Positions 1 through 14,919 of a stretch of DNA of 64,000 nt are shown piece by piece. The DNA comes from Cetorhinus maximus (taxonomy: Eukaryota). The translations under genes were made by a program, and so were the position numbers. Under the pieces are notes generated by a model that saw only the letters and a list, made by a program, of their open reading frames with translations, did no database searches and was not told the DNA's origin. The stretch lies in contig NC_135901.1 in the NCBI RefSeq assembly GCF_964194155.1, forward strand, positions 20,646,001 through 20,710,000, written 5' to 3'. The stretch's first letter is position 1. Every line of letters begins with the position of its first letter.

Positions 1-214
1 GGAATATACTTAATATCAAATAATACTGATTACTCTAGGGCCCTTCTTCCCTGCTCCTCGTTGTTACAGAATATAGCCCTTACAAATGATGAATCACAAA
101 ATAAGGCCTTAAAAACTATAAGCGATAAAAGTAGTAAATACTTACCCGACCGCACTTACAGGATCACCCCGTTCCCTCCTCACTGAACTCCCTCAGTCAC
201 CTCTGCTGTCCTAG

Positions 215-340
215 CTTCTCTTCAACTCCCGGCTCCTCTCGCGCTTCTCCTCAACTCTCGGCTCCTCTCACGCTTCTTTTCAACTCTCGGCTCCTCTCGC
301 GCTTCTCTTCAACTCTCAGCTCCTCTCGCGCTTCTCTTTG
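215..340. repeat. Short tandem repeat, ~29-nt unit (cttctcttcaactctcggctcctctcgcg) x ~4
   Basis: Unit seen repeating directly at 216-340. Confidence 0.8.
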
Positions 341-1167
341 ACTTCTGATATCTTTCCAGCTGCCGGCTCCAGCAGGAGATTTTAATATTGGAAACTGAAA
401 TTGCTTCAGAGGTGAGTACTTTTGACCATTCATTTACAATTTATAGCTGTTCGTGCTCTGCTCTGTTTTCTGTGAGAGGTTCCATGGCTCTGGGGCTGGT
501 GTGACTCCTTTACTGTGAATCTGACTCCATGTCCATCCATTGCTCTGTTTCACCTCTGCCTTCCTTAATCACCTCTCTGCCATTGTCTAACTTCCTCTGT
601 CTCTAATAATGAATGTATTTTAGTTATGTTTCGCATTTTACTGTTCCCTCTGCCAACCATATCTAAATGAGGTTTCCACCGCTACCCATCCCCCGACCAT
701 GTTCCGCTGGCTTACCAGCTCTTCTGCTTTTGAGCTTTTATTGATCATCAAATTTTGCACCATTTTTGTTGCCTGTAATTCATTCTACAGATCCTGAATC
801 ATTAATTTTGTTTCTCTCCACTGATTCCAGCATATATTGTCAGTCCCAGTTGCCTGTGGAGATGATGTTTGACCTTCTTGAACTGCTGCAGTCCATGTGG
901 TGAAGGTGCTCCCACAATGCTGTTGGGTAAGCAGTTGCAGGATTTTCACCCAGTGATGATGCAGGCAAACACTTCTGTCTCTGATCTACAGACACCACAT
1001 TCTGAGAAGACTGAATTGAACAGTAAAGTTCCCCCAGGGCTCATGAGTGAGATGGAATGGCAATTATTGGAATTCTCCACTTAGAATAAAAGAGCAAAAT
1101 CACACCACCAAATGGTAATTGCAATGACTCACCCTGGGTACAGTTAATGGAATTTGTCAATCCATCA

Positions 1168-1430
1168 GGGGGAGATGGTGGCGTAGTTGCAATATCACTG
1201 GACCTGTAACCCAAATGTTCAGGCTAATGCTTGGAGACATGGGTTCAAATTCCACCATGACTGCTAGTGGAATTTAAAGTCAATTAATTGAATCTTGGGT
1301 TCACTACAGAATCTGCTGTCCTCACCTGGTTTGGCCTACATGTGACTCCACAGCAATGTGGTTGACTCTTAACTGCGTTCTGAAATGGTCTGAGTGCAAT
1401 TAGGAATGGCCACATTCCATGAAAGAATAA
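1168..1430 (+). mobile_element. tRNA-derived SINE (shark HE1-like)
   Basis: A-box tggcgtagttg and B-box gggttcaaattcc; similar copies at ~7090-7225, 22495-22855(-), 41520-41870 and 63000-63380(-). Confidence 0.7.
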
Positions 1431-1529
1431 TTTTTTTAAAATTGTCATCGTGAAAGTGTCCCTGAAACTAATAAAATGTCTAGGGAGATGTTTGTATTTT
1501 TTTTAAGGAAAATTGCATTTAAAACCTGG

Positions 1530-2664
1530 CCACTTTCAGAGGGAGTAAAATTAAAGTGGAGAGGGATATAGAATCTGGATTTAGAAAATATCCACAAGCT
1601 GGATGCAGGTGAACAGAGAGCTGGAGAATCTTTAAGGTTCATGCATGAACTTTTGTTTGAACCATATGTATTTACGACTTGCCAATAATTTAGAATTCTA
1701 TGAGATAAACTGCAGGTGGGGAGGACGAATCAAAGTCAATAGTTATCACCATTTACTGGAAAAGTTTTTACATTTATTCTTGGTGCAGTTCATGGGTTTG
1801 TGTTGCTGATTCTGATAATTCTAGTAGCTTTAATATGTTATTTACGGAATGTAATCAAGACATTATGAAAACACAGCTTAGAAATAGCTGGGTTAAGCAG
1901 AAATCAGTTTGTGAGAGGTCAATAAGAATGTTCCCTTCTTGAGGTGGGGAGATCTGTAATAAATCACTGCCCAATAATCTTATAAAATCTTAAGAAATTG
2001 ATTATTATAGGAATGACTCGTTCTCTCTTACTTACAAATAAAGCTTCCTGGGTTGACAAACACAGGACAGTGTAGGCCTGTTATCTCTGATAAGGACATG
2101 TCTCTAGCACAGAAACTGAAACAAGACAAATTTGGTAGGGTGGGGAAATCTCATGACCCATATGTAAACCAACTGTCTGAATAAAGATTAAACAGGATGT
2201 TGCAGCAAGCAATGAGCCACAAAATGACTTAACAGACTTCCAATAAAAATAGCAGGGATTTTCTTGAATATCTGTCCCTTGCTAATGGACAAGTGGATAA
2301 GTGATTGACAGAAGATCCTCAGAAATAAGGTACATGAATGGGCTTTCGAGAGGGAAATCACTTCAGACAGGAAAGAGCTTCTCAAAATGATGCATGTTGG
2401 CATTAGCCAAACACTTTGGCTCAAGGAGACTGAGAAACTGCGACCTCCAGCCATGGAGATCAGCATCCCCCCTGCACCTCCCCATCCATTTGTCCAATCT
2501 GGGAACAGTAAACCATTCTCACCTGTTATGGGTCGTATGCCTTTTCTGCCTATTTAACTGATGTATCACATCTAAATTACTCCTTCTTAATAAAATGCTT
2601 TAAAATCACTTATGCCTAGACCCCTTTTTTGGGGAATCTGTGACTCCCAGACTAAAATCTTACA
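1530..2664 (+). mobile_element. Decayed LTR-retroelement 3' end (env-like TM segment, PPT, putative LTR), copy 1
   Basis: Frame GFVLLILIILVALICYLR at 1794-1847; purine tract ggtagggtggggaaa before 2149; AATAAA 2589-2594; ends ...ttaCA 2664; paralogous to 9597-10832. Confidence 0.4.
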
Positions 2665-2728
2665 CTTGTCCATGAGAGTAACTGAAGGTGCTGAAACTGA
2701 AATAATCTGGAGTAATGATGAAGTGTTA

Positions 2729-4070
2729 GTTGTGGCTCAGTGGTTGCATCCTTATCTCTGAGTCAGGAGGTTGTGGGTTCAAATCCACATCTGGAAACAT
2801 GAGAATAAAATCCAGGTTGATATTCTGATGCAGTACTGAGGGAGCACTGCACTGTCAGAGATCCTGTCTTCCAGATGAGACCTTCAACAATGGCCCCATC
2901 TGCCCTCTCAGTTGGGTGTAAAAGTTCCCATGATGTTATTCCAAAGGGAAGGGGAGTTTTCCTCGATGTTCTGCTTAATGCTTATTCCTTAGTTTTTGAC
3001 ATAAAAGCTAGTTGGAAGTGTGAGTTGTGAGGAGGATGCAAAGATGCTTCAAAAGGTTTTGGGGAGGCTAAGTGAGTGGCCAAAACATTGGCAGATGGTA
3101 TACAAGGTGGAGAAATGTGAGGTTATCCACTTTGGTTGGAAAAACAGAAATAGAGTATTTCCTAAATGGTGAGGGGCTGGGAAGTGTTGAACTTCAATGG
3201 GACTTTGGTGTCCTTGTACATGAGTCACTAAACGCTAATATGTAGATACAGCAAGAAGGTAAATGGTATATTGGCCTTTATTACAAGACGGTTTGAGTAC
3301 AGGAGTCAAGAGTCTTACTGCAATTATACAGAACCTTGGTAAGACCACACCTGGAGTATTGTGTGCTGGTCTCCTTACCTAAGGAAAGGTACACTTGCCA
3401 TAGACAAAGTGCAATAGAGGATCACCAAACAAATTCCTGGGATGGAGGGATTGTCCTGTGAGGAAAGATTAAAGAGACTGGGCCTTTATTCTCTGGAGGT
3501 TAGGAGAACGAGAGGTGATCTCTTCAAACGTACAAAATTCTTGCAGGTGTCAACAGGGTAGATGCAGGATGTTTCCCCTGGTTGGGGGTCTAGAACCAGG
3601 GGATACAGTTTCAGAATAAGAGGCAGGTCATTTTAGATTGAGGTGAGGAGCAATTTCTTCACTCAGAAGGTGGTGAATCTTTGGAATTCACTGCCCCAGA
3701 AGGCTGTGGAGGCTCAGTCATTGAGTATGTTCAAGAGTGAGATTGATAGATTTCTGCATCTTAAAAACATCAAGGGATAAGGGATTAGTGCAGCAAGATG
3801 GTGTTGAAGTAAAAGACCGGTCATGACCTCATTGAATGACAGAAGGACTGAATGACGTATTCCTGCTCCTATTCCTTATGTTCTCAACAAGTATCACTGA
3901 ACAGATTATTTGGTCACAATCACATTTCTAATTGTGGGATCCTGCTGTGCATATTTTGGTGACTGTATTTCCTACATCACAACAGTGACTAGACTTCAAA
4001 ATAACTTCATTGGCTGTAAAGCACTTTGGGACATCCTGAAGTTGTGCAAGGCGCTATATAAATACAAGTC
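2729..4070 (+). mobile_element. tRNA-headed SINE split by a CR1 insertion
   Basis: gtggctcagtgg...gggttcaaatcc head; the uninterrupted paralog is at ~10890-11345. Confidence 0.7.
2989..3884 (+). mobile_element. 5'-truncated CR1 LINE (ORF2 C-terminus and 3' tail)
   Basis: Degenerate CR1 ORF2 3' motifs (kCEVIHFG, RPHLEYCV, ...gtggtgaatctttggaattc); tail attccttatgttct; absent from the paralogous SINE. Confidence 0.85.
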
Positions 4071-4213
4071 TCCATTAACAAAAGAGAAAAGGCCCAAAAA
4101 TGGAAGAGTCAATAAGAGGACATCAATCAGTCTCCTCTTAACTTAGAGAAATCTAGGACTCAAACACTCTGTGTTTGACACAAAACTGATTTATTTAACC
4201 TAAATGCAGAATA

Positions 4214-5194
<981 letters not shown>

Positions 5195-6429
5195 CAGGTT
5201 GGATGATCAGTTGAAGCCTCGTCCACACACACGTGTACGGTTTCTCCCCACTGTGACTGGTGTGATGTTTTTTCACGCTGTGTAACTAGTTAAATCTCTT
5301 TCCACAGTCAGTTCACTGGAACACTCTTCACTCTGGTGTGTGTCTCTTTGCTTTCCCAGTCACACATTTTTTTCAAATCATTTCAGTGAACAGAACATTT
5401 CTCCTTCCACATTCAAAGGCCGATGATATTCAGGTCCTGATGAATTGAGTGACTGTCAGATTTTAAAGTGATGCTGCGTCTGAGTTTCACATCTGCAATC
5501 AATTTTCTTCTAATCCCTTGTAAAAGGAGTTGACAGTGTCAGCATCACTCAGTCCAGGATAGAAATTCAGAACAGACAATTCTAGTTTCTATGAAACATT
5601 CTCTCTTCTCTTGTTTCCCCAAACATGTTGTCCAATCAAACTGAAAGAGCCCAAAATCACCAACAAACTCCCAGCAAAAGCTCCTTCTCCAGGGCCACCC
5701 AGACACAGACAAGACAATGGAAGAGAGGTCGGCAGCTACTGTGATCACCACCAGCCCCCGAAAGGGCTGCAACTACCCTGCATCTACAAATTGCTGTTTT
5801 AACCAGGCCCAAGAGAAGACCCCCTGAGTTACTCAGTCCCTGCCACACTGGGTAGTGAAAGGTTTGTAATCAAATGGTTGAAATGTAACCAAATGTTGAG
5901 CAGCAGCCCCTTTAGGTAACTATACAGGGGCTGCAACCTGTCTGAATAAGTACATGTCCCGTGGACAAGGCTGCAAACATCAGCTGCAGCCTGAGACTGG
6001 GTGAAGCTGCTTAAAAACCTGTTGCCTGGGATGCCTTGGGGTGGGGAATGGGAGGATTCAGGAAAGGGTAAATTCAAAAGCAGCAAGGGAAATGTCAAGG
6101 CTGCAGAACAGAGCAATGCTTGGTAAAAATAGACAGAGTGTGTGGAAAGGAGAGTGAGTGACACAGGGAATATGCCAAAACCTATAAGATGGATACGGGG
6201 AAACCAGCAGTGAATCAGGATCCTCCCCCGTCCCTCTGTGTCCCCCTGGGAGTAGGAATCTTCTCTGTCCCCCCAGGGGAATCCCCTCCACACCCTGCAT
6301 CCCCGCCCTTCCAGGGGCAGCAACGGGGAATCGGTCTGATCCCCTGGGTCTGCTGAACTGAACCCAGAGGGAGGGAGAAAATTCCCCCTGAGCTGTGATC
6401 CTGGGATCTGCAGGATCTTATTGGGGGTT

Positions 6430-6560
6430 CTGTTGAAGGGTCATACGGACTCGAAACGTTAATTGTGTTCCTCTCCGCAGATGCTGCCAGACCTGCTGAG
6501 TTTTTCCAGGTATTTTTGTTTTTGTTTTGGATTTCCAGCATCCGCAGTTTTTTGTTTTTA
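6430..6560 (+). mobile_element. Short interspersed repeat (catacggactcgaaacgtt...gatgctgccagacctgctgag)
   Basis: Same element at ~13540-13635 and ~33770-33895; an inverted pair at ~27490-27690. Confidence 0.65.
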
Positions 6561-7090
6561 TCTTATTGGGGGTTTGCGGCCTCCACCGGATGTTTCTGAA
6601 TCCTCCCCTCGGTGCAAACGCGGGTCCGGTAGCTTCTTATTGGGTGTCTGAATCCTCCGGAAGGAGTTTTTAAAACCTCCCGGTTCAGCCGCCGGCGCCA
6701 TTCCTCTCCCGCCCGGGGACATTTCTCTCCGACTGTGGGTTCCGCACCTCCAGCACTGCGCATGCTCTTGTCGTGTCTCCTGCAATAATGGGGCTCCGCC
6801 TCTCATTCACTCCGATTGGTTTGAGGACTGGTTGCTCCCGCCAGGTCCTCCTGTCCCGCCCCCTCTCGTTCCATTGGTCCGGCTCTGCCGTCAATCAGCC
6901 GGGCATTGTGAGCTGTCAGGTGAGAGGTCACTGTCGGGAGCGGGTTAATAAACCCCGAGGGGGCGGGGTTTACAAATCCCGAGGGCGGCCCCAGAGCCGA
7001 ATATTAAACAATGAACATTCTCCTCTCTCTCTCTCACTATCCGCCGCTTCCGGCTTCTCTCCGGGAACAACCTCAAACAAAGAGCCCAGA
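6560..7090. promoter_or_regulatory. CpG-rich putative bidirectional promoter between divergent ZNF-A(-) and ZNF-B(+)
   Basis: High CpG; tgcgcatgc (NRF1-like) ~6757; ATTGG (CCAAT) boxes ~6815 and ~6873; ggggcgggg GC box ~6960. Confidence 0.65.
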
Positions 7091-7568
7091 GGGAGACAGT
7101 GGCCTAGTGGGAATGTCACTGGATCAGTAATTCAGACACCCAGGGTCATGTTCTAGGGACATGGATTTAAATCCATTAAATTAATACAATCTGGAATATA
7201 AAGATAGTCTCAGTGATGGTGACTGAGGCCCCTCTGAGAAAATCTCCACACAGTCAGTTCTGGACACAAGGTAAATGTCTGTTATTCTGCCTGGTCGTCA
7301 GGGTGATTCAGGTTAATGTTGTCATGAATGAAGTGAATTATCAAACATGTTACTATCTCTCATTGTACAAATTTGTTAAAAGATTACAGAAAGAATTATC
7401 CAACACTTCATTCAGATTTCAACCCAGGGAGGAGGGAGAGTGTGTGGGACGGGGATTTACAGCTTTGGGGAACCAGGAGAGGAAAAATGTTTCACGGAAA
7501 CTAAAATTGTCTGTTCTGAATTTCTACCCTAAATTTACAGTGATGACTTTTTTGGAACTCTATTTACA

Positions 7569-8695
<1,127 letters not shown>

Positions 8696-8819
8696 CTGCA
8701 GGGCTTGGATTCTGCTCTTATTGTTGCTTTTAATCACGTCCAGCATTGATAGTCTGACATTATTAGGTTTGTTTCTGCTGATATTAACAATCCCTATATC
8801 TGACTGGAGTTTAATATTT

Positions 8820-10832
8820 TGAAATTGTCGTTGATTTTCGGGGCTGCAATGCCCCTTTTTAAGGGACTATCTGAGATCTTTCCTCTTAATTCAAGAACTC
8901 TCGACAGGAACTCACTTACAATAACATTATGAACTTTTACTTCAATCCTAACTTGATCTTTGGTGAAAAATCTACAATTCAGTGTCTGAAAAGCTCCATT
9001 GATTAACATCTCCAATTAGAAAGTGCTGAATAATCCTTGCTGATGATTATCAATAACTTACACATTCTTCACAGTGGTACCTCCATTATGGAAGTAAATT
9101 ATCAAGGAACAAATCTGGCATCCGTGTACATTCTAATGAAACTGTATATGAAACTAGTAAATCTCTTGGAGATGCTTGTATTCTTGCCTCTGAGCTTTTT
9201 CAGAAAACTGCACCTGGCCATTAGCTGAGGCATCACAACATGCAGAGGGAGATAAGCAAAGATCTTGAGACAGACACCACTGCACCCCCACACCCCTGAT
9301 CTTTGGTAAGTTTACCTAAAAGTCTAGAGTGACTTGTATCAATATGAGATATTGGTGTGAGTGTGCAGATGTGATTTGTTATGTATTGGAGTAACTAACA
9401 TGGGGAAATGCAAGTTGAGCCTGCACTGAAGAACAGGTCCCAGACATGCTCAATACTAGACAACAGCATCTCATTGAAGTGGTTAATGTGGTCAGGAGAA
9501 TGAGACAACATTTAAATCATCAAGATATTGACACAAACTCCATAGATAAACTGACTTTAAAACAGTCCAGATAGAATTAATCACACTGGTCTCTATCAGA
9601 GGGAGAAAATTAAAGTGAAGGGGCATATAGAATCTGGATTTAGAAAATATCCACAAGGTGGATGCAAGTGAACAGAGAGCTGGAGAATCTTTAAAGTCCA
9701 CGCATGAACTTTTGTTTGAACCATATGTATTTACGACATGCCAATAATTTAGAATTGTGAGATAATCTGCAGGTGGGGAGGATGAATCGAAGTCAATAAT
9801 TATCACATTTTGCTCGGAAAGTTTTTACATTTATTCTCGGTGGCAGTTCAAGGGTTTTGTGTTGCTGATTCTTCTAATTCTAGTGGCTTTAGTATGTTAT
9901 CGACAATATGTAATCAAAAAATTAGGAAAACAAACTCGTAGCTTAGAAATAGCTGGGTCAGTTGTGAAAACTCAGATAGAGTGGGGGTTCTCATGAACCA
10001 TGTTATTTTTTATTATTCGTTCACGGGATGTGGGCGTCTCTGGCTAGGCCAGCATTTATTGCCCATCCCTAATTGCCCTTGAGAAGGCGGCAGTGAGCAA
10101 CTTTATTGAACCACCGCAGTCCATGTGTAAACCAACTGTCTGAGTAAAGGTTAAACAGGATGTCCTAGGAAGTGATGAGCCATGAAATGACTTCATGGAT
10201 TTCTGATGGAAACAAGAGCGATTACCTTGAATATCTGTCCCTTGCTAATGGACAAGTGAATAAGTTATTGACAAAAGACCCCCAGAAATAAGGTACACGA
10301 ACGGCCTTCCAAGAGGGAAATCACTTCAGACAAGAAACAGCTTCTGAAAGTGATCTATGCTGGATTTGGCCAAGCACTTTGGCTCAAAGCGACTGAGAAA
10401 AGATGAAACTGCCATGTCCAGCCATGGAGATCAGCTTCATCTGTCTGTCCGATCCGGGACCAGTAAACCATTCCGAGGAGACTGCCACCTCCAGCCACGG
10501 AGATCAGGATCCCCCTGATCTGGGACTGGTAAACCATTCCGAGTAGACTGCCACCTCCAGCCAGGGAGCTCAGCATCCTCCTGATCCAGGACCAGTAAAC
10601 CATTCCGAGGATACTGCCATCTCCAGCCATGGAGATCAGCATCCCCCCTGCTTCTCCCCATCCATTTGTGCAATCAGGGACCAGTAAACCATTCTCACCT
10701 GTTATGGGTTGTATGTCTTTTTAACTGATGTATCGTATCTAAACTGTTGCTTCTTAATTAAATGCTTTAAAATCACCAATGACTTCGATCCCATTTTTGG
10801 GTAATCTGTGACTCCCAGAATAAAATCTTACA
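8820..10832 (+). mobile_element. Decayed env-like ORF + PPT + putative LTR, copy 2 (longer)
   Basis: Coding-like frames with stops; Cys-rich TCINMRYWCECADVICY; TM GFVLLILLILVALVCYR 9853-9903; purine tract agatagagtggggg before 9989; end ttaCA 10832. Confidence 0.45.
10440..10690. repeat. 66-nt tandem repeat x ~3.5 inside putative LTR
   Basis: ggacc(a/t)gtaaaccattccgag recurs at 10456, 10522, 10588 and 10677; single copy in the paralog at ~2440-2520. Confidence 0.85.
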
Positions 10833-10889
10833 CATGTCCATGAGAGTAACTGAAGGTATGAGAACTGAAATAATCTAGCGTAATGATGA

Positions 10890-11345
10890 GGTGTTAGTTG
10901 TGGCTCAGTGGCTGCATTCTTATCTCTGAGTCAGGAGGGTGTGGGTTCAAATTCACATCAAGAAACATGAGCAGAAAATGCAGGTTGACATTTTGATGCA
11001 GTACTGAGGGAGCACTGCACTGTCAGAGGTCCCATCTTCCAGATGAGACCTTCACCTATGGCCCCATCTGCCCTCTCAGTTGGGTGTAAAAGTTCCCAGG
11101 ATGTTATTCCAAAGAGCAGGGGAGTTCTCCCTGGTGTACTGCTTCATATTTATCACTCAACAAACACCACTGAATGGATTATCTGGTCACAATCACATTT
11201 CTATTAGTGGGATCTTGCCGTGCACAATTTGGCGACTGTATTTTCAACATTACAGCAGTGACTACACTTCAAAAGAACTTCGTTGGCTGCAAAGCACTTT
11301 GGGACATCCTGAAGTTGTGAAAGGCGCTATATAAATACAAGTCTC
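10890..11345 (+). mobile_element. tRNA-headed SINE (uninterrupted paralog)
   Basis: A/B boxes; ends aaggcgctatataaatacaagtc. Confidence 0.7.
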
Positions 11346-11614
11346 CATTAACAAAGGAGAAAAGGCCCAAAAATGGAACAGTTGGTTACAGGAAATCAAC
11401 CAGTCTCCTCTGATCTTAGAGAAATCAAGGACTCGAACTCTGTGTGTTTGACACAAAGCTGATTTATTTAACCTATATCCATAATATTAAACTCCGGCCC
11501 AGTTACAGGGATTATTAACATCAACTGAAACAAACTCCAACTGTCAGAATGAGCATGGTTCAGTCCTGGTTGTGATTAACAGCAGCAATAACAGCAGAAT
11601 CCAACCCCTGTGAG

Positions 11615-12541
11615 TCACTTGTGAACTCGCTCGTGTGTCTGCAGGGTGGATAAACGAGTGAATCTCTTACCACACACGGAGCAGATGAATGGTCTCTCTC
11701 CACTGTGAATGCGCTGGTGTGTCAGCCGGTGGGACGGGTGGGTGAATCTCTTCCCACACACAGAGCAGGGGAACGGCCTCTCTCCAGTGTGAGTGTGCTG
11801 GTGTCTTAGCAGATCAATTTTGCCTTTAAAGCTCTTCTCACACTCGGAACATTTGAAAGATCGTGTGTCAGAGTGAACACGTTCATGTGAAGTGAGGTGG
11901 GTGAGCTGAGTGAATCCCTTCCCACACTCGGAGCATGTGAACGGTTTCACCCCAGTGTGAACTCGCTGGTGTGTCAGCAGGCTGGATGACCGGTTGAATC
12001 CCTTCCCACACTCGGAGCAGGTGAACAGTTTCTCCCCAGTGTGAATACGCTGGTGTCTCAGCAGAATCTTTTTGCTTTTAAAGCACTTCTCGCATTCAGA
12101 ACATATGAAAAGTATTTTGTCAGAGTGAACACGTTGGTGGGAAGTGAGGGTGCTTAACTGAGTGAATCCCTTCCCACACTCAGAGCAGCTGAATGTTTTT
12201 TCCCCAGTGTGAATGCACTGGTGCATCAGCAGGTGGGATGACCGAGTGAATCCCTTCCCGCACTCCAAGCAGGTGAATGGTTTCTCCCCAGTGTGAACTC
12301 GCTGGTGTGCCAGCAGATTATTTTTGCTTTTAAACCTCTTCTCACAGTTGGAACATTTAAAAGGTCTCATGTCTAAGTGAACAAGTTGGTGTGAAGTGAG
12401 GTGGGTTAATCGAGTGAATCCCTTCCCACACATGGAGCAAGTGAATGGCCTCTCCCCGGTGTGAGTGCGTTGATGAATTTCCAACACAGACGGGCACCCA
12501 AATCCTTTCCCACAGTCCCCACATTTCCACGGTTTCTCCAT
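11615..12541 (-). CDS. C2H2 zinc-finger protein C, 308 aa, 11 intact fingers
   Basis: Open ORF with 11 CxxC-x12-HxxxH units; all zinc ligands intact; TGEKP-type linkers; Kozak-like accATGG start. Confidence 0.9.
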   Translation of the reverse strand: MEKPWKCGDCGKGFGCPSVLEIHQRTHTGERPFTCSMCGKGFTRLTHLTSHQLVHLDMRPFKCSNCEKRFKSKNNLLAHQRVHTGEKPFTCLECGKGFTRSSHLLMHQCIHTGEKTFSCSECGKGFTQLSTLTSHQRVHSDKILFICSECEKCFKSKKILLRHQRIHTGEKLFTCSECGKGFNRSSSLLTHQRVHTGVKPFTCSECGKGFTQLTHLTSHERVHSDTRSFKCSECEKSFKGKIDLLRHQHTHTGERPFPCSVCGKRFTHPSHRLTHQRIHSGERPFICSVCGKRFTRLSTLQTHERVHK

Positions 12542-13399
12542 GGTGCCAGTGTCCTTGGGTCTCTCCAGGTTAGATGATGAGTTGAAGCCTTGTCCTCACA
12601 CAGAACACATGTATGGTTTCTCCCCACTGAATGGTGTGATGTTTTCTTCAGGCTGCATAACTGGTTAAAGCTCTTTCCACAGTTCACTGGAACACTCACA
12701 CTCGGGTTAGAATGTGTCTCATAGACAAATATTTCTCTTTCCACATTGAAATATCAACTATATTCAGATCCTGTTGAATCGATAGACTCGGTCAAATCCT
12801 CTCCTCGTAATATCTGTAAAAGGAGTTGACGGCGTCAGTATCACAAGCAATCCAGGATAGAAATTCAGAATAGGTAATTCTAGCTTCTCTTGTTTCCCCA
12901 AACATGTGGTTCAATCGAACTAAAAGACGCCAAAATCAGCAACAAAGTCCCAACAAAAGCAAAGGGAATCTTCCCAACTAAACCAGAATGTTTTTACCAG
13001 TGTCTCGAAGACACTCTGTACCCTGAGGTGCTCACCGGTTGTGGAAGGTATCTAAAGTACCGGTGGATACCACATGCTCCCTCTCCAGAGCCACCCGGGC
13101 ATGGACAAGACCACGGAAGAGAGGCCGTCAGCCAAAGTGACTCCCCTGCCCGTAGGCCCCAACCATCCTGGATCTACAAATTGCTGCTTTAACCAGGACC
13201 CAGAGCAGGTCCAGCACAAGATCCTGTGACCTACCCAGCCCCCTCCACACTGGGCAAAGGTAAGGACCATGGGGCTAAAGTGTAAAAACAAAAGTGCCCA
13301 AAAGAGGAGAAACAGCCCCTTCAAGCAGCTATACAGGGGCTGCAACCTCTCCCACTGAATATACACATTTCCCATGGACTCCTCTCGGCCGCAAACATA

Positions 13400-14450
13400 A
13401 CCTGCAGTCTGGGAGTGGGTGAAGCTGTTCAAAAACCTGCTGCCCAACTGATGCACCGTCTGGGCACTAGGACCCGGTTGGGAAGCAGAGACCATGAAGC
13501 CCCGCCCACATGCTGTTACGTCACCAAGCTGCGCGTGCGCTCTGAAGAAGTCATACGGACTCGAAACGTTAAGTGTTTCTCTCTCCACAGCTGCTGTCAG
13601 ACCTGTTGAATTTTTCCAGCAGTTACTGTTTTTGTCGCGCGTGCGTTCTGCTGCCCGACGAGCCAAGGGCGTCCATTAAATTGGGCCTGTTCCCGGGAAA
13701 ATGACCCGGAGCTGCAGACGCGGGAGCTACAGGGGTTTCGGGGTTTGAGGCCTCTACCAGGTGTTTAGAAAGCCTCTTCATCCACCCGCCGGTTCATCGC
13801 TCCTTCCACGTTTCCAAATCGTTACCAGCTGCAGATGCGAGAAAATAACGTCCTCTCAGCGCCATTACTCGCACTGCGCATGCTTCAAACATTGGGCGGG
13901 ATCGCGCTTGCGCAGTTCTCCCCAATGGTGTGGATAGGGGACTTTCACCGCCACGTGGAATGCTGGGTAAAGTCCCCGCCATCGCAAGTCCCAATTAGTG
14001 CATGGTGGTTCTTTGCTACGATGTGGAGATTGGGGAGGGGGTCGGGCAATCATAAAATTAGGAACCAAATTTTACAGAAACCCAAGTGCTCAGACCCCCC
14101 ATTATGCCCCTAGAAATAAGAAGAGTGGAAATTGCCCATTGCAGTGTCTGAAACATACATAATATTGGGGAAATAAATCTCTATCTTTAACAAAAATCGA
14201 TATGCAAAGTGGGAAATGAATAATCTTTAAACACCTCGTCCTTGGCACAGAAATGTGTGAAAACCATACTTGGAGCTCCAGGAAACCGGTGAATACCGCC
14301 TAGCTCCATCAGAAGAGCCGCAATGCGCAGATGTGGGAGATGTGGAGCATGCGCGGTGCGGCTCTAGGCTGGGGCCTTCCCACGCCTGCGCGTTGCAGCC
14401 CGTCTGATGGAAGTAGGCCATATTCACCGGTGCGGAGAATTCTGGGTATG
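13400..14450. promoter_or_regulatory. CpG-rich putative promoter of ZNF-C
   Basis: CpG-dense; tgcgcatgc at ~13875; segment 13720-13790 resembles 6565-6610. Confidence 0.55.
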
Positions 14451-14919
14451 TTAGACTGCCATGGTTCTGAGCTCCTCAGCACAGAACAGAAGGCTCTTTC
14501 ACAACTGTGTTTCAAGTCAGGAAGAAGAACGATGAAAGCTAAAAACGTGCTGCCAAATCAGAGATTGGTGTAAAATTGTGATCTGTTCCTGAGTGAAAGT
14601 GAAACCGCAGGATTAAGTTTAAGCCTGAAAATGACTGTGGTTTTGTGAAGATTTAAAGTGTTTCCGTGACAGTCTCAAATCTACAGATTTAAGGCTGGTG
14701 TTAATTCACTTAAAATAAAACAATTTTTTAAAAAAATTCATAAGTCTACATTGAAATAGCAGATGGTGGAGTTCACAGGAGCCTGTTAACTGCTGGGACA
14801 ATTATACCACAGACATTTGATTTCCAGATAAAGAAGGAGCTAGGTAGAAAATTAGCAAGTAGATCCTCAAATGTAGTAATCTCTGAATACTTCCAGTGCC
14901 ACATGCCAGTCAGTACAGA

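Noticed and set aside
9060-9420. Faint resemblance to a negative-strand RNA virus L-protein methyltransferase region
   Set aside because: No GxGxG or K-D-K-E pattern; the downstream TM, PPT and LTR fit an env gene better
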